A stretch of 64,000 nucleotides of DNA from Candidatus Kapaibacterium sp. (lineage in GTDB: Bacteria > Bacteroidota > Ignavibacteria > Kapaibacteriales > UBA2268), in assembly GCA_963664875.1 (NCBI GenBank), contig OY761611.1:1056001-1120000 (forward strand), written 5' to 3'. A program made the translations under genes and the position numbers. Positions 10,888 to 22,000 of this stretch are shown piece after piece (position 1 is the first letter of the stretch; each line of letters opens with the position of its first letter). The notes under the pieces are model-generated. The model was given only the letters and a program-made list of their open reading frames with translations. It did no database searches and was not told the origin of the DNA.

Positions 10888-10932
10888 AAAGGATGTGATT
10901 TTTAATCGAATTAGACAAAAATCACATCCTTT
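10888..10932. terminator. Bidirectional terminator (long inverted repeat)
   Basis: AAAGGATGTGATTTT...AAAATCACATCCTTT, 15-bp perfect arms. Confidence 0.8.
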
Positions 10933-10959
10933 AATTTTTATGTAAACATCATCTAGTTA

Positions 10960-11079
10960 CTATTCTACTTTTCGCACGCCGTGGTCGCCAAGGTAGCTTT
11001 CTCTGTCAAGTTCCTTGCCGATGTAGGCGGTGCGCTGGTCGTCACAATTTTGTTCTTCAGAATCTATCTTTCTTAACAT
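10960..11079 (-). pseudogene. RHS repeat-associated core fragment (39 codons, below the ORF-track cutoff)
   Basis: Manual translation MLRKIDSEEQNCDDQRTAYIGKELDRESYLGDHGVRKVE*. YIGKELDRESYLGDHGVRK matches the RHS core pattern (F/Y)xGKExDxExxLxxxGxRxY. Local GC about 60% (42/70 nt at 10971-11040), well above the flanks. Confidence 0.7.
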
Positions 11080-11094
11080 CACTAAAGCTGCTAT

Positions 11095-11610
11095 TTATTC
11101 AAGATCCAACTTTATCATGTAATTTATTTTATATGGCACAACATCACCTTCCAACGTGATGACTATTTGAATGAAGTGATTGTGTCCGGATTTTTGATAT
11201 AATGACTTGTCTTTTGGATTTATAACTATATCACAACTATCACAATTTATTCTTTTGTAGACTGTGTTGTATTTCCAATTCCCTATATATTCTTGCAGTT
11301 TTGATTTAAGAAATTGGTAATCTTTATGAGCCAGATCATTTTCTTGATCTTCTCTTTCAAAACAAATATTACACTTTGCAACGTTCCCTAATGTATCCAC
11401 TTCAATATATACATAAGCCTCAACTCTTATTCCTAATACCGGTTCTGTCGAGTTTGGATAAAACGACACATTACGCACAAGTTCACTAGGCAAACTATCA
11501 TTTATGATCAAATTATCAGGTACCTTTCTATCCCAAATATTTTCATCCGACACTGATTTAGTTATTTGTAAAAACAAAAACAGTACAAGAAAAAAAATAA
11601 AATATCTCAT
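11095..11610 (-). CDS. Exported hypothetical protein, TonB-C-like alpha/beta pattern; putative orphan immunity protein
   Basis: Hydrophobic N-terminus MRYFIFFLVLFLFL (ATG 11610, just after the upstream stop), VYIEVDTLGNV...WKY pattern, AT-rich. Confidence 0.6.
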   Translation of the reverse strand: MRYFIFFLVLFLFLQITKSVSDENIWDRKVPDNLIINDSLPSELVRNVSFYPNSTEPVLGIRVEAYVYIEVDTLGNVAKCNICFEREDQENDLAHKDYQFLKSKLQEYIGNWKYNTVYKRINCDSCDIVINPKDKSLYQKSGHNHFIQIVITLEGDVVPYKINYMIKLDLE

Positions 11611-11615
11611 ATCTA

Positions 11616-12155
11616 TCACCAAATATAATATGTCTCAAAAAACTGAATTTTACTTTTTTTTCGATCTGTATCTATCACCCAAAAAACTGTATGTATTTGT
11701 TTCCCAGAGTAGGGTAAGTGAATCTTACTCAGATTTCCGTTATTTACAGCTTTTTTATATCTGTAAAGATCTTTATCCATTGTACTGTCCGGTAAATCCC
11801 AATAAATAGTTTTGAGCTCAGCTGCAAGTAATGTATTAGATATTAGAACTTGCAAAGTATCAAATATCTGATGATTTTTGGGAATGTTGTTCATAAACCC
11901 ATATAATGGTTTGAACCTGTAAACTCTCTTATCTAGAGAGGTATCAACTAAAAGTGTAACTTTAATCCATATTTTATCTACTTCAAAGTCTTTTACAAAT
12001 TCATCATCTATAAAAGATACTTTTGGGATATCTATCTTTTTAAACAATGAATCCAAGACTTGATCTTGCCTGTATATCTGTATTGTATCTTCAGCATGCA
12101 AAAAACTAACAAATAGAATTGAGATTACACCTATCAATATTATTACATATTTCAT
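11616..12155 (-). CDS. Exported hypothetical protein, distant paralogue of 11095-11610; putative orphan immunity protein
   Basis: Signal peptide ending LHA-E. Colinear shared words DSL, VSF, VDT, T(I/V)Y, DKxLY, SG..H. Confidence 0.6.
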   Translation of the reverse strand: MKYVIILIGVISILFVSFLHAEDTIQIYRQDQVLDSLFKKIDIPKVSFIDDEFVKDFEVDKIWIKVTLLVDTSLDKRVYRFKPLYGFMNNIPKNHQIFDTLQVLISNTLLAAELKTIYWDLPDSTMDKDLYRYKKAVNNGNLSKIHLPYSGKQIHTVFWVIDTDRKKSKIQFFETYYIW

Positions 12156-12233
12156 AAAAACCCTTTTATATCATACTAAGGATCAGCTATTTTAAAATCT
12201 ATTTGAAAACCGATTGTAGGGGAAATTCAAATC

Positions 12234-12446
12234 CTAAATCTCCAACCTGAGCTTATAATAATTGAAATGAGTCGAATGCAGTGACCTTAGATCTATCCTA
12301 GTAAACCTGCCCAGCCCGTAGTCCTCTTTGCGAACGACGTTGTCTCCACCTATGTCAGGAGCAAGCTTTCCAAATGGAAGATAATCAAAATTTTCGGTTT
12401 GTTTAAATACTATCTCAGATAAAAAGTAACTTCTTATATAATACAA
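12234..12446 (-). pseudogene. Degenerate, internally deleted RHS repeat-associated core fragment
   Basis: FDYLPFGK...GDNVVRKEDYGLGRFTRID...HFNY resembles RHS core YDYxPFG...GDxGVRKYDxxxGRFxxxDP...PYxY, with the GKExD segment missing. Confidence 0.65.
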
Positions 12447-12476
12447 AATCCCTGATATGCAATATACCAGGGATTT
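12446..12476 (-). terminator. Terminator of the BNR-repeat T9SS gene
   Basis: AAATCCCTG...CAGGGATTT hairpin. Confidence 0.7.
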
Positions 12477-12531
12477 ACGTTAATTTTTAATCTGTCCTTA
12501 TTTTAAGACATAATCTTAGTCAAATGCGTTG

Positions 12532-15480
12532 CTACCTTGCAATTACAAACGAAACTGCCTGCATAGAACCATCAACTTCTGCTTTAAGCATATAGGCTCC
12601 ATTTGGCAAAGAACTTACATCAGCTGTAAATTTAGTCTCATTGTTGCCGGAAACATAAGTGCCTAAATTAAGAACTTGATTGCCCAACATATCATAAACA
12701 CCAAAGCGAACATCAGCATTTTCTTTAGTGCTATAACTGATAGTAATTTCATCAATAGTAGGATTTGGAGATAAAGACACAGAATTTTCTGTCAATATCT
12801 GAGTATCTACCGCAACCGGGAAATCACCAAAAGCTAAATCATCAATGTAGTATCCGTCATAAGCAGTTGATTGATTTGTATTATCCAAGTAAAACTTCAA
12901 GAATACGACATCACCTTCCTGGAAGAACTGTTTTAAATCATAAGACACGTCGAACCAATCGGAACTTGCAACGTCATTTTTAAATTTATCACTGGTTTCT
13001 ATGTTTGTCCAGCTCAAATGTTCCCAAGTACGACCGTTATCTTTGCTGGCTAAAACTTTCATATAATGGCGTTTGTTGATAAGCGAAATAAAGCTCCATT
13101 TTACAACTGCCGGATTTTGTGAAATCACTATAGGAGCAGTAATAAAGGAAGCGGTATTGTATGGGTCGTAATTACCGTCAGGTGAATCAGTAAAGGAATA
13201 TTCGCCGGAAGCAGCTTTTAGATTAGTTGTTCCCCAGGAACCTTCTTTGTATAAAGGAATAATTTCACCATCAAAGTTTTCTGTGAAAGAAACCATCGGT
13301 GCACCCGCATAAGTAAATAAAGGCTGAGAAACAGCACTTTCACCAATAGATTCGCCACGAGTAATGACGGATTTGATAGAAAGATTATAAAATTCGCCCA
13401 ATGTTACATTTTTGAGTACATAAGTAGTAAGCTCACCCGGAGTCAAGTTATCGCTAACGCTTGCAATTTTTACATCGTCGCTATAAATATCTAAAGAAAG
13501 AGTACCATTGATTTCTGTACCTTGGTATGTCTTAGCAGGATTTTTCCATTTTAGCTCTATACCTTCGGCTACTGGCTTAGCAGCCATAAATTCAGGATTA
13601 GCAGGAGTAACGGAACCACCAGCCTGAATAGTAACGCCAACTCCTTCGCTTGTAGCTTCTTCAGTAACGATTTTGATTTCGTAGCTGTAAGTTTCACCAT
13701 CTACAACGGTTTTATCTATATACTCAGTTGTTCCCTGTGCTAATTCTGCTAATTTTGTTCCGTCTCTAAATACGTGAATTGTATAATTGTCAATAGGTAA
13801 TTCGAACATATCTTTTGCAGGATTTTTCCAAGTAAGTTTTACGCTAATATCAGTTGATACTTGATTTTCAGCAGTCAAATCAGAAATTTTGTTAATACCG
13901 AGAGAAAGGTCTGCAGTAAACAAATCAACAGAATAAGCATTAGCATCAGCAGCTGTAGGCATCCAGAAACAAGGATGTATTTTGCCGTTATAGAATACCA
14001 ATGAGGTATAATCGCCCCAATAATAATTGCCGGTACCTTGTGGCACAACATCATTATTGTCTTTTAAATACCAGGTGTCAGTTAGCTGCAGGTGGATAAA
14101 GTTTACACCATCTTGAGACACAGCAATAAAAGCATCTACACCCTGATTTTTTTCAGGATCATTTTGAGAGCTATAGTACAAAATTGCTACATTGCCGGTA
14201 ATAGGATCAACAGAGATTGAAGGGAAAAATATATCATTACGAGCTTCATTTTCATCAATTCTATAAGATTTTACCCAATTTTCTCCACCATCAGTAGAAT
14301 ATGTCAAATAAAGCCCATTGTCACCTTGTTCTTTTTCTCTTCCTGATTGAACAACATACACCCAGCCTCTTCTTGGACTATTTGAACGATCAACATCAAG
14401 ATAAGGAACAGAAGAAACTCTCATATTTGCTTTATCCTGCAAAACATAGCGTCCACTTTCAGAATTGAGTGATCCGGTATTAAATACTGTTTGGGCAATG
14501 CGAGGGTTACTCCAAGTTTTACCGCCATTTGTACTTTTTGATATTAGGGCTTCTGTTTTTCTAAAACTCTGATTATAAACAACGTGTTGCCAAACGCAAT
14601 ATACTTCACCATCAGGCCCAACGGCAGGTACAGGAGACTGAATTCCACCGGCTCCCCAAAGCATCTCATATCCTGAAAACATATCATAGTAGTCAGCCTT
14701 AGCTATAACAGCTTGATTTGGAGAAGACATTCTAGCCCAAGAAACGTAAATTCTGTCTTTATAAGGTGAATTTTCCTGATAGTCTATAGTCATAGAAAAT
14801 CTGTCATTGAAAACACTGGCGTCATTTTGCCAAATAGGCATATCTTCCGCCCAGGTTTCTCCACCATCAGTAGATTTTGAAAGATAAAGACCGTTTTCGC
14901 CGTTTCCGTCAGGTCCGTCAGTCTGGGTAAATCCATAGAGATAATATGCTTCACCAAGTGAATTGAAAGAAATACCCGGATCGAATATTGTACCGGTACT
15001 TTTTATATCTATATACATACCATCAGCTTTTGGAGTAAGAGAGTGTTTCCAAGTCTTTCCACCATCTTTCGAATACCAAGCAGACATTCTGAAGCCTGAT
15101 GATTTACTCATGTAACGCATATCGTTTGCAGTGGCTATTAGATTTTTTGGATTGTTAGGATCTATTGTTATCCATGTTTCTGATTGATGCCCTGAAGCAC
15201 CCTGAGAAATATTTGTAAGTTCCACACCTGAACCACTTAGAATTTTATCAGGTCCCGGAGGCATTTTAAAAACTTCTGCAGGTATAGGCACCGGATAAAG
15301 AACCTGTCTGTTATCTATATATCGCTGAATGTCATCTTTTGTAAATTCTGCATCGAGATAGAACGGAATTCTATCATTAGCGTTGATTGGCTTAATCTTC
15401 TCAACAGTGAATTGTGCGTTGATTGTACCCGATAAAAGGAACATACCTAATGCAGCACCAAGTAAACCTTTGATTTTCAT
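12532..15480 (-). CDS. T9SS cargo: sialidase-like Asp-box (BNR) beta-propeller, Fn3-like and jelly-roll domains, type A C-terminal sorting domain
   Basis: Signal peptide, Asp-boxes SKDGGKTW, STDGGETW, STNGGKTW, STDGGENW, WGDY, two LxWKNP Fn3-like units, CTD SPNP...VYDMLG...LPNGAYM...FVIAR. Confidence 0.85.
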   Translation of the reverse strand: MKIKGLLGAALGMFLLSGTINAQFTVEKIKPINANDRIPFYLDAEFTKDDIQRYIDNRQVLYPVPIPAEVFKMPPGPDKILSGSGVELTNISQGASGHQSETWITIDPNNPKNLIATANDMRYMSKSSGFRMSAWYSKDGGKTWKHSLTPKADGMYIDIKSTGTIFDPGISFNSLGEAYYLYGFTQTDGPDGNGENGLYLSKSTDGGETWAEDMPIWQNDASVFNDRFSMTIDYQENSPYKDRIYVSWARMSSPNQAVIAKADYYDMFSGYEMLWGAGGIQSPVPAVGPDGEVYCVWQHVVYNQSFRKTEALISKSTNGGKTWSNPRIAQTVFNTGSLNSESGRYVLQDKANMRVSSVPYLDVDRSNSPRRGWVYVVQSGREKEQGDNGLYLTYSTDGGENWVKSYRIDENEARNDIFFPSISVDPITGNVAILYYSSQNDPEKNQGVDAFIAVSQDGVNFIHLQLTDTWYLKDNNDVVPQGTGNYYWGDYTSLVFYNGKIHPCFWMPTAADANAYSVDLFTADLSLGINKISDLTAENQVSTDISVKLTWKNPAKDMFELPIDNYTIHVFRDGTKLAELAQGTTEYIDKTVVDGETYSYEIKIVTEEATSEGVGVTIQAGGSVTPANPEFMAAKPVAEGIELKWKNPAKTYQGTEINGTLSLDIYSDDVKIASVSDNLTPGELTTYVLKNVTLGEFYNLSIKSVITRGESIGESAVSQPLFTYAGAPMVSFTENFDGEIIPLYKEGSWGTTNLKAASGEYSFTDSPDGNYDPYNTASFITAPIVISQNPAVVKWSFISLINKRHYMKVLASKDNGRTWEHLSWTNIETSDKFKNDVASSDWFDVSYDLKQFFQEGDVVFLKFYLDNTNQSTAYDGYYIDDLAFGDFPVAVDTQILTENSVSLSPNPTIDEITISYSTKENADVRFGVYDMLGNQVLNLGTYVSGNNETKFTADVSSLPNGAYMLKAEVDGSMQAVSFVIAR

Positions 15481-15680
15481 GATACTTTACCTATATATTT
15501 ATTTGAAATATTTATTACTCTAAGTCTCAGGGAAAAATTTACTACTCTTTAACAAGAACAATAATTTAGCAAAAAAATAGCAATTATAAAAACATGCCTA
15601 ACTAAATAAACCTCCACATTTGAAAAAGTTACATTAGCAAAGCATGTTTTCATTATATTTAACAGTAGTTTAATTCTATG

Positions 15681-16406
15681 TTACATCAGGGAGTATTTTG
15701 CCAAAAGTTTTACTAGTACGTCAAAATCTTTCGGATATTCTGCGTTAAGTTTTATCCTTTCTTCTGTTTTTGGGTGTGTAAATTCTACGGATAATGCGTG
15801 CATAGTTTGTCTTGTGATGATTGGTTGCTCTTCACTGCCTTTTTTCAGATTGAATTTACGTTTAATAAATGAAAGGTAGAACTCAGTAGCATCTCCATAA
15901 TCTTTGTCAACCAGCAAAGGATGTCCAACTGCAGATACATGTACTCTAAGTTGGTGAGATCTACCTGTCCTAAGATCACATTCCAAAAGTGTCGCATTTC
16001 TGTATCTTTCCAAAACATTGACCAAAGTTACAGATTCTTTACCTCTTGCGGAAGGCATAGATAGTCCCTTTTTGCTTGGATTTGCCAAAATCGGAATATC
16101 AATTAGCATTTGATCTTGTGGAAAGACTCCTTTTACAACGGCATGGTAAACCTTAGAAAGAGTATGCTGTTCAAACTGTGTATTCAAATGTTTATGACTT
16201 TCAGCATCCTTCGCAAACAGCAGTACCCCGCTGGTGCCTTTATCCAATCTGTGGAGCGTAAATATTTCGCCATATTTTCTCTCTAAATATTTCTGGATAC
16301 AAGGTGCGCTTCTGTCAAACCTATCCGGGATACTTAATAGTCCTGCCGGTTTGTTAACCGCAACTATATAGTCGTCCTCGAAAACTATTTCTATTTTATT
16401 GTCCAT
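15681..16406 (-). CDS. RluA-family pseudouridine synthase
   Basis: NKPAGL, HRLDKGTSG, TGRSHQLRVH, GHPL, HA motifs. Confidence 0.95.
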   Translation of the reverse strand: MDNKIEIVFEDDYIVAVNKPAGLLSIPDRFDRSAPCIQKYLERKYGEIFTLHRLDKGTSGVLLFAKDAESHKHLNTQFEQHTLSKVYHAVVKGVFPQDQMLIDIPILANPSKKGLSMPSARGKESVTLVNVLERYRNATLLECDLRTGRSHQLRVHVSAVGHPLLVDKDYGDATEFYLSFIKRKFNLKKGSEEQPIITRQTMHALSVEFTHPKTEERIKLNAEYPKDFDVLVKLLAKYSLM

Positions 16407-16542
16407 CTTGTTTAGTTCTTCCTGAGTGAGTGTCCTGTTTCAAATAATGCAATGTATTATTTCAAAATCTAAAAAACTCTTTTTGCCAAATTTAAAAGTA
16501 TTCAAACCTTTCTTTAGCTCATTTACAATTCGATACTAATAA

Positions 16543-16591
16543 AACAAAAGAGGCTGTCTCTATTTTATTGTAGAAAACAGTCTCTTTTGTT
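16543..16591 (-). terminator. Terminator after folD
   Basis: AACAAAAGAGGCTGT...ACAGTCTCTTTTGTT hairpin. Confidence 0.75.
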
Positions 16592-16607
16592 GTATAACTA
16601 TTAACAA

Positions 16608-17492
16608 TTACATGCCAAGTTCGCCACTTGCTGACAAATAAGTATTATACATCAGCATAGCAATAGTCATTGGGCCTACTCCTCCCGGCACGGGAGTAAT
16701 AGCTGATGCTTTTTTGCCGGCTGATTCAAAGTGAACGTCTCCGACTACTTTGTATCCTTTTTCCAATGAGGAATCTTCTACTCTGTTTATACCTACATCA
16801 ATAATCACAGCACCGTCTTTGATGTCATTATCTTTTATCAATTCGGGTACTCCGACTGCAGCGATAAGGATATCTGCCTGTTTAGTATAGTAGGACAAAT
16901 CGCTTGCAGCAGAATGGCAAATTGTAACAATACCATTGGCAAAATCTTTTTTCTGATACATTAGATTAGCTATTGGTTTTCCGACTATATTAGATCTGCC
17001 AACGACTACAACATGCTTGCCTTTAGCATCTACGTCGCTTCTTTTCAGCAACTCCACAATTCCGCCAGGTGTGCATGAAACAAACCCAGGCATTCCAATT
17101 ACAAGACGTCCCATATTTTCAGGATGGAAACCATCGACGTCTTTTTTGGGTGAAATTGTATTTATAACTTTTTCTTCGTTAATATGTTTTGGAAGAGGAA
17201 GCTGAACGAGAATACCGTGAACATTGTCATCTTCATTCCATTGTTTTACCTGAGCGAGCACCTGCTCTTCAGTCGTTGAAGCATCACGAATTTCTACATA
17301 GGAGTTAAATCCTAGTGCTTCGCAGGCTTTTGCCTTACTTTTGACATAGATTGCAGATGCAGGATCATCACCAACCAATAATACTGCTAAGCCGGGTTTT
17401 ATTCCCTTTTCTTCTAAAAGCTTTGCTGTTTTGATTCTTACTTCTTCTTTAATTTCAGCAGAGATTTTTTTACCATCGATTATTTTAGTCAT
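16608..17492 (-). CDS. folD: Bifunctional methylenetetrahydrofolate dehydrogenase/cyclohydrolase
   Basis: MTKIIDGKK start (ATG 17492), HGILVQLPLP, KDVDGFHP, CTPGG, GRSNIVGKP, ITPVPGGVGPMT. Confidence 0.97.
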   Translation of the reverse strand: MTKIIDGKKISAEIKEEVRIKTAKLLEEKGIKPGLAVLLVGDDPASAIYVKSKAKACEALGFNSYVEIRDASTTEEQVLAQVKQWNEDDNVHGILVQLPLPKHINEEKVINTISPKKDVDGFHPENMGRLVIGMPGFVSCTPGGIVELLKRSDVDAKGKHVVVVGRSNIVGKPIANLMYQKKDFANGIVTICHSAASDLSYYTKQADILIAAVGVPELIKDNDIKDGAVIIDVGINRVEDSSLEKGYKVVGDVHFESAGKKASAITPVPGGVGPMTIAMLMYNTYLSASGELGM

Positions 17493-17502
17493 GATGCACC
17501 AT

Positions 17503-18762
17503 TTATATTTTGTACGATAATCCAAATTGGAGAATGTTAAATTTACCAATATTATAGTCCAAAAACAATCTAAGATTGCTAAGATCTTTTGCAATACCAA
17601 AAACTGCTTTAACATTGTTTTCTTTCAAAGTCATTTCAGCAACCTGCGGCTGAGTATCTCCGGGATAGCCAGCTGTAGGTACATGCAAACCCCGCTCAAT
17701 CAGACCAAGTTCCCACTGCACTTCGATCGGTAAAGTATAAGTGTAAGTTGCATCAATGCTGATATTGTCGTAAGCTACACCTGCAAAAATATCAAACCAG
17801 TCTTTGATAGATTTAGAAGCGTGAATATTTGCACTAAAAATGTTAGCATCTGCATCCAATTGAGCTTTTGTTACACCAACTTCGTTTTTTAATCTTGTAC
17901 CTTGGAAGACGATTTGTGCTGCAAGATCAAAAGGTTTATCTCTTTCATCTTCGTAAAAATATTGAGATATACTATGTTTCAGACCTACACCCCAAAACAT
18001 AAAATCACCGATATATTGACCGAGATTAATCTCAGGTATAAAGCGTATCAATAACTCGGTACCCCACAAAGCACCAATTTCAAACTGAGGCACGCTAGCA
18101 TATATCGAGTTCATGCCTGCTCCTTCGTACATATTAAATGTTTCAGGAAACTGACCAATAATATCTACTAACTGATTTTTTAAGTCTTCAGGTAACATCG
18201 TATAAAGATAGTGGCTTTCTACTAATTCCTTAAGGTTTTCGTGTGGCAATTTGATTTGTGTAGCTTTGTCTCCCAAAACAGTCGAAGCTTCTTCCGGAAG
18301 TTCTATATACCCCTTGTGATTGCCATATATGCCATCGTGCAAAATATTCTGAAAGAAGTAATGTATAAGCCCTGCAGTATCCTTGATGCTAAAATCTAAC
18401 TTGCCGGTCTTCAAATCAATTGAGGCGGTTCCATAATTTGATAAATCATTTAAGTCAAATGGTTTTGTAGCAATTTTGGGATTAAACATTTTATCTGATT
18501 CATTGACAAATCCCGTCATACCATGCAAACTGATTTTGAAGTATGCATTGTCAACTCTTCTTGGAACATAAGCATCGTTAAAAAAGCCGGAGTTAGAGGT
18601 AGCATTAACAGTTTTTACCATAGGAGACAAGTAGGCTATGCTATTTTCGCTAAATAAATCCTTACTAAACATACGAGCAAGATCTATAGTATATTGCGAT
18701 GCCTGCTGAGCCATAGCCGGCACTGCAATCATCAAGGCTATTAAGTACAATATTATTTTCAT
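17503..18762 (-). CDS. Outer-membrane beta-barrel protein, DUF6588-like
   Basis: Signal peptide, AYLSP, PQFEIG..GTELLIRFIP, WGVGLKHSISQY, C-terminal FGLSYKI. Confidence 0.65.
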   Translation of the reverse strand: MKIILYLIALMIAVPAMAQQASQYTIDLARMFSKDLFSENSIAYLSPMVKTVNATSNSGFFNDAYVPRRVDNAYFKISLHGMTGFVNESDKMFNPKIATKPFDLNDLSNYGTASIDLKTGKLDFSIKDTAGLIHYFFQNILHDGIYGNHKGYIELPEEASTVLGDKATQIKLPHENLKELVESHYLYTMLPEDLKNQLVDIIGQFPETFNMYEGAGMNSIYASVPQFEIGALWGTELLIRFIPEINLGQYIGDFMFWGVGLKHSISQYFYEDERDKPFDLAAQIVFQGTRLKNEVGVTKAQLDADANIFSANIHASKSIKDWFDIFAGVAYDNISIDATYTYTLPIEVQWELGLIERGLHVPTAGYPGDTQPQVAEMTLKENNVKAVFGIAKDLSNLRLFLDYNIGKFNILQFGLSYKI

Positions 18763-18764
18763 AA

Positions 18765-18953
18765 TTACCTGAATATATTTTTCTTAAACAATACGTAAAA
18801 CGGTAGAGCTAATATAACAAGAACTATCACAAAGAAAATACCAAAAACCATGCTAAGGGCAATCTTAAAAATCCATAAAACAAAATGAATGGCTACAAAA
18901 GCAACAAAAAGTGCAAAAACCAATGAAATGATATTTTTAAGTGTCTTGTTCAT
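18765..18953 (-). CDS. Small two-helix membrane protein
   Basis: AGGAG SD before MNKTLK (ATG 18953), two hydrophobic spans, 2 nt from the next gene. Confidence 0.65.
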   Translation of the reverse strand: MNKTLKNIISLVFALFVAFVAIHFVLWIFKIALSMVFGIFFVIVLVILALPFYVLFKKNIFR

Positions 18954-19030
18954 TTTATTTATTCTCCTACTAAATATCTGTCTAAATTTGACGGTATTAA
19001 AATATATCTTATTTTGTACAGAGTACAATG

Positions 19031-22000
19031 CTAAACCAAAGCAAGTTTAACATTATAAACCCCCAGAATTTCTACAAGGCCGTTCAAAACTTCTTCGTTT
19101 ACCGGTATTTCCGTTTCAGTTGTAAAATAATGCTTTTTATAATCATTAGACTCATCAAAAACATAAAAATGCATCAAAGATTTTGCATTTTCTTTTCTAA
19201 ACTTACTGTAAATACCCTTGATAGTCTCTTCAGTTACAGTTTTTCTGTCAATCCAGACAGAATATCCTTTTGCAAATCTATCAATCGACTCAATTACCGG
19301 AAAGGCGTCATCAGCTATAATCTTGATTTTATCTTCACTTACCTCAACTTTCCCTTCGATTACCACAACATTATCCTGCTGCAAAGCATGATGACATTTC
19401 TTATATGAATTAGACCAGAATATAACCTCAGCTTTTCCTCTCACATCTTCTACGTTTAAAAATGCCATAGTGTTGTTGTTTTTATCCAATTTAGTTCTCA
19501 TTTCAGTAATCAGGGCTACTATTCTGACTTGAGATTTGTCAGAAATATCTGTCTGATCAAGCTTAAAAGTAGCTACTGAGTTCCAATAAGGAACATAATC
19601 CTCCATCGGATGACCACTTATGTAAAATTTGAGTACTTCAAGCTCTTTTTCGAGAATATATTTTTTATCCCATGGTTTTATCACAGGCAACTCAGGTTCC
19701 TTCAAATCAGCGGAAACTTCACCACCGAAAAGAGAATCCATATTTGATTTGCTGCTTTCCTGTTTTGCCTTAGCATATTCCAAAGCGTCATCTATTGCAG
19801 CTATTAGCTGTGCTCTATGGCCTGACTCCAAAGAGTCAAAAGCTCCTGCATAAATCAAAGATTCAATAGCCTTTCTATTTACAAGCCTTGTATCTACTCT
19901 ACTTACAAAATCAAAGAAAGATTCAAACTTTTTCTCATTTCTTGCTTCTATAATGCTATCGACAGGCTTGATACCAACGTTACGGATCCCTGCCATGCCA
20001 AAGTATATTTCATTGCCCACAGCACGGAAATTTGCAAAAGATCTATTTACATCCGGTGGCAATACTTTTATTCCAAATTTTTTGGCTTCTTCGGTGAGTA
20101 GCACAATCTTTGCCTGATCGTTAAGCTCGGCTGTCATGTTGGCTGCAAGGAACTCAGCAGGGTAGTGTGTTTTTAACCATGCTGTCTGATAAGCAACGTA
20201 CGAATAAGCCACCGAGTGAGATTTATTGAAACCATAAGAAGCAAAAGCAACAATTAAGTCAAATATCTGTAAAGCAAGTTTGTCACTGATTCCTTTTTTA
20301 GCAGCGCCGGCAACGAACTTAGGCTTTTCCTCTTCCATGATTTCTGCTTTTTTCTTACCCATTGCTCTTCGCAGCAAATCAGCCTGACCAAGAGAGAAAT
20401 CAGCTATATCTTGCACTAACTGCATTACCTGCTCTTGATAAACTATAATGCCGTAAGTGTTCTTGAGTGATTTTTCCATAGTAGGATGCAGATACTCTAT
20501 TGGTTTGCGTCCAAATTTTCTATCGATAAAATCGGGAATATTCGCCATCGGCCCCGGTCTGTAAAGTGCGTTCATCGCAGTGATTTCTTCCAGATTTTGC
20601 GGCTTAAGTTGCTTCAAATATTCCTGCATTCCGCCGGATTCGAACTGAAAAATAGAGAGAGTTTTCCCCTGCCCCAGCAAATCATAAGTTGCTTGGTCAT
20701 GGAAATCAATTTTATCTATATCAATATCTACACCATGATTATCTTTGACCATATCAAGTGTGTTTTCAATGATTGACAGAGTACGCAAGCCTAAGAAGTC
20801 CATCTTGAGCAGTCCGGCATCTTCTATGTCTGCCATGGAATACTGTGAAGTGATTTCAACTGAAGATTCCTTTGCTTTAGCAGATTTATGCACAGGAACA
20901 AAATTTGCAACAGGTTCAGGTGCAATAACTACACCAGCGGCGTGAACGCCTGTCTGTCTAAATTTTCCTTCGAGCAGCTTAGAAAATTCTACCAGCTCTT
21001 TTAGCTTAGGATCATCTGTCTTTTTTAGCCATTCAAGATCAGGAAGTTCAATAGCTTTGGCAATAGGAGTAACTTTACCCTGAATAGCAGGTATTTGTTT
21101 AGTTATCTCTCTTAGCTTATTGAGCTCAACCCCTAAAACTCTTCCGACATCAGTAATTACGGCTTTACTCGAGAGCTTGCCAAAAGTAATAATCTGACAA
21201 ACAGCATCCTCTCCATATCTGTCTTTTACATATTCTATCACTACATCTCTTTTATCATCGGCAAAATCAATATCGACGTCGGGCATATTTACACGTTCAG
21301 GATTGAGAAAACGCTCGAAAAGCAAGTTATATGGCAATGGATCAATATTGGTAATACCCAGAGCATAAGCGACAATAGAGCCGGCAGCTGAACCACGCCC
21401 GGGACCTACTCTTACACCACGCTGGCGAGCAGCTGCTATGAAATCCTGAGTGATAAGAAAGTACCCGGGGAATCCCATATCAATAATAACTTTGAGCTCA
21501 AATTCCGTTCTTTCTTTTATTTCTTCGGTAATTTCACCATACTTTTCTTTGATACCCTTCCAAGTAAGCTCTTCGAGGTATTCGTTCAAATCTTTTGCTT
21601 GTGATTCTTTTGGAATCGGAAACTCAGGCATATATATTTTGCCGGTTTCAACTCCATAGTTACATTTATCTGCAATCTCAAGAGTGTTCTCTAAGGCATC
21701 AGGAAATTCTTTAAAAATGTCTTTCATCTCGTCCTGAGTTTTGAAATAAAACTCAGGTGTTTTGTATCGCAAATCATAGATATTTGCCTGACCTGAATTT
21801 GCCGCATTCGAATCACGAATAAGCAAAAGTACGTTATGAGCTACAGCGTGCTCTTTTTTCATGTAATGAATGTCGTTTGTAGCTATCATCTTGATGTCAA
21901 GTTCTCGTGCTATCTGAGGCACTTTATCAAGTATAATCTTGTCAGCAGGCTGAAAATGATTTTGTATTTCAAGATAAAAATCTTCACCAAAAACTTTTTT

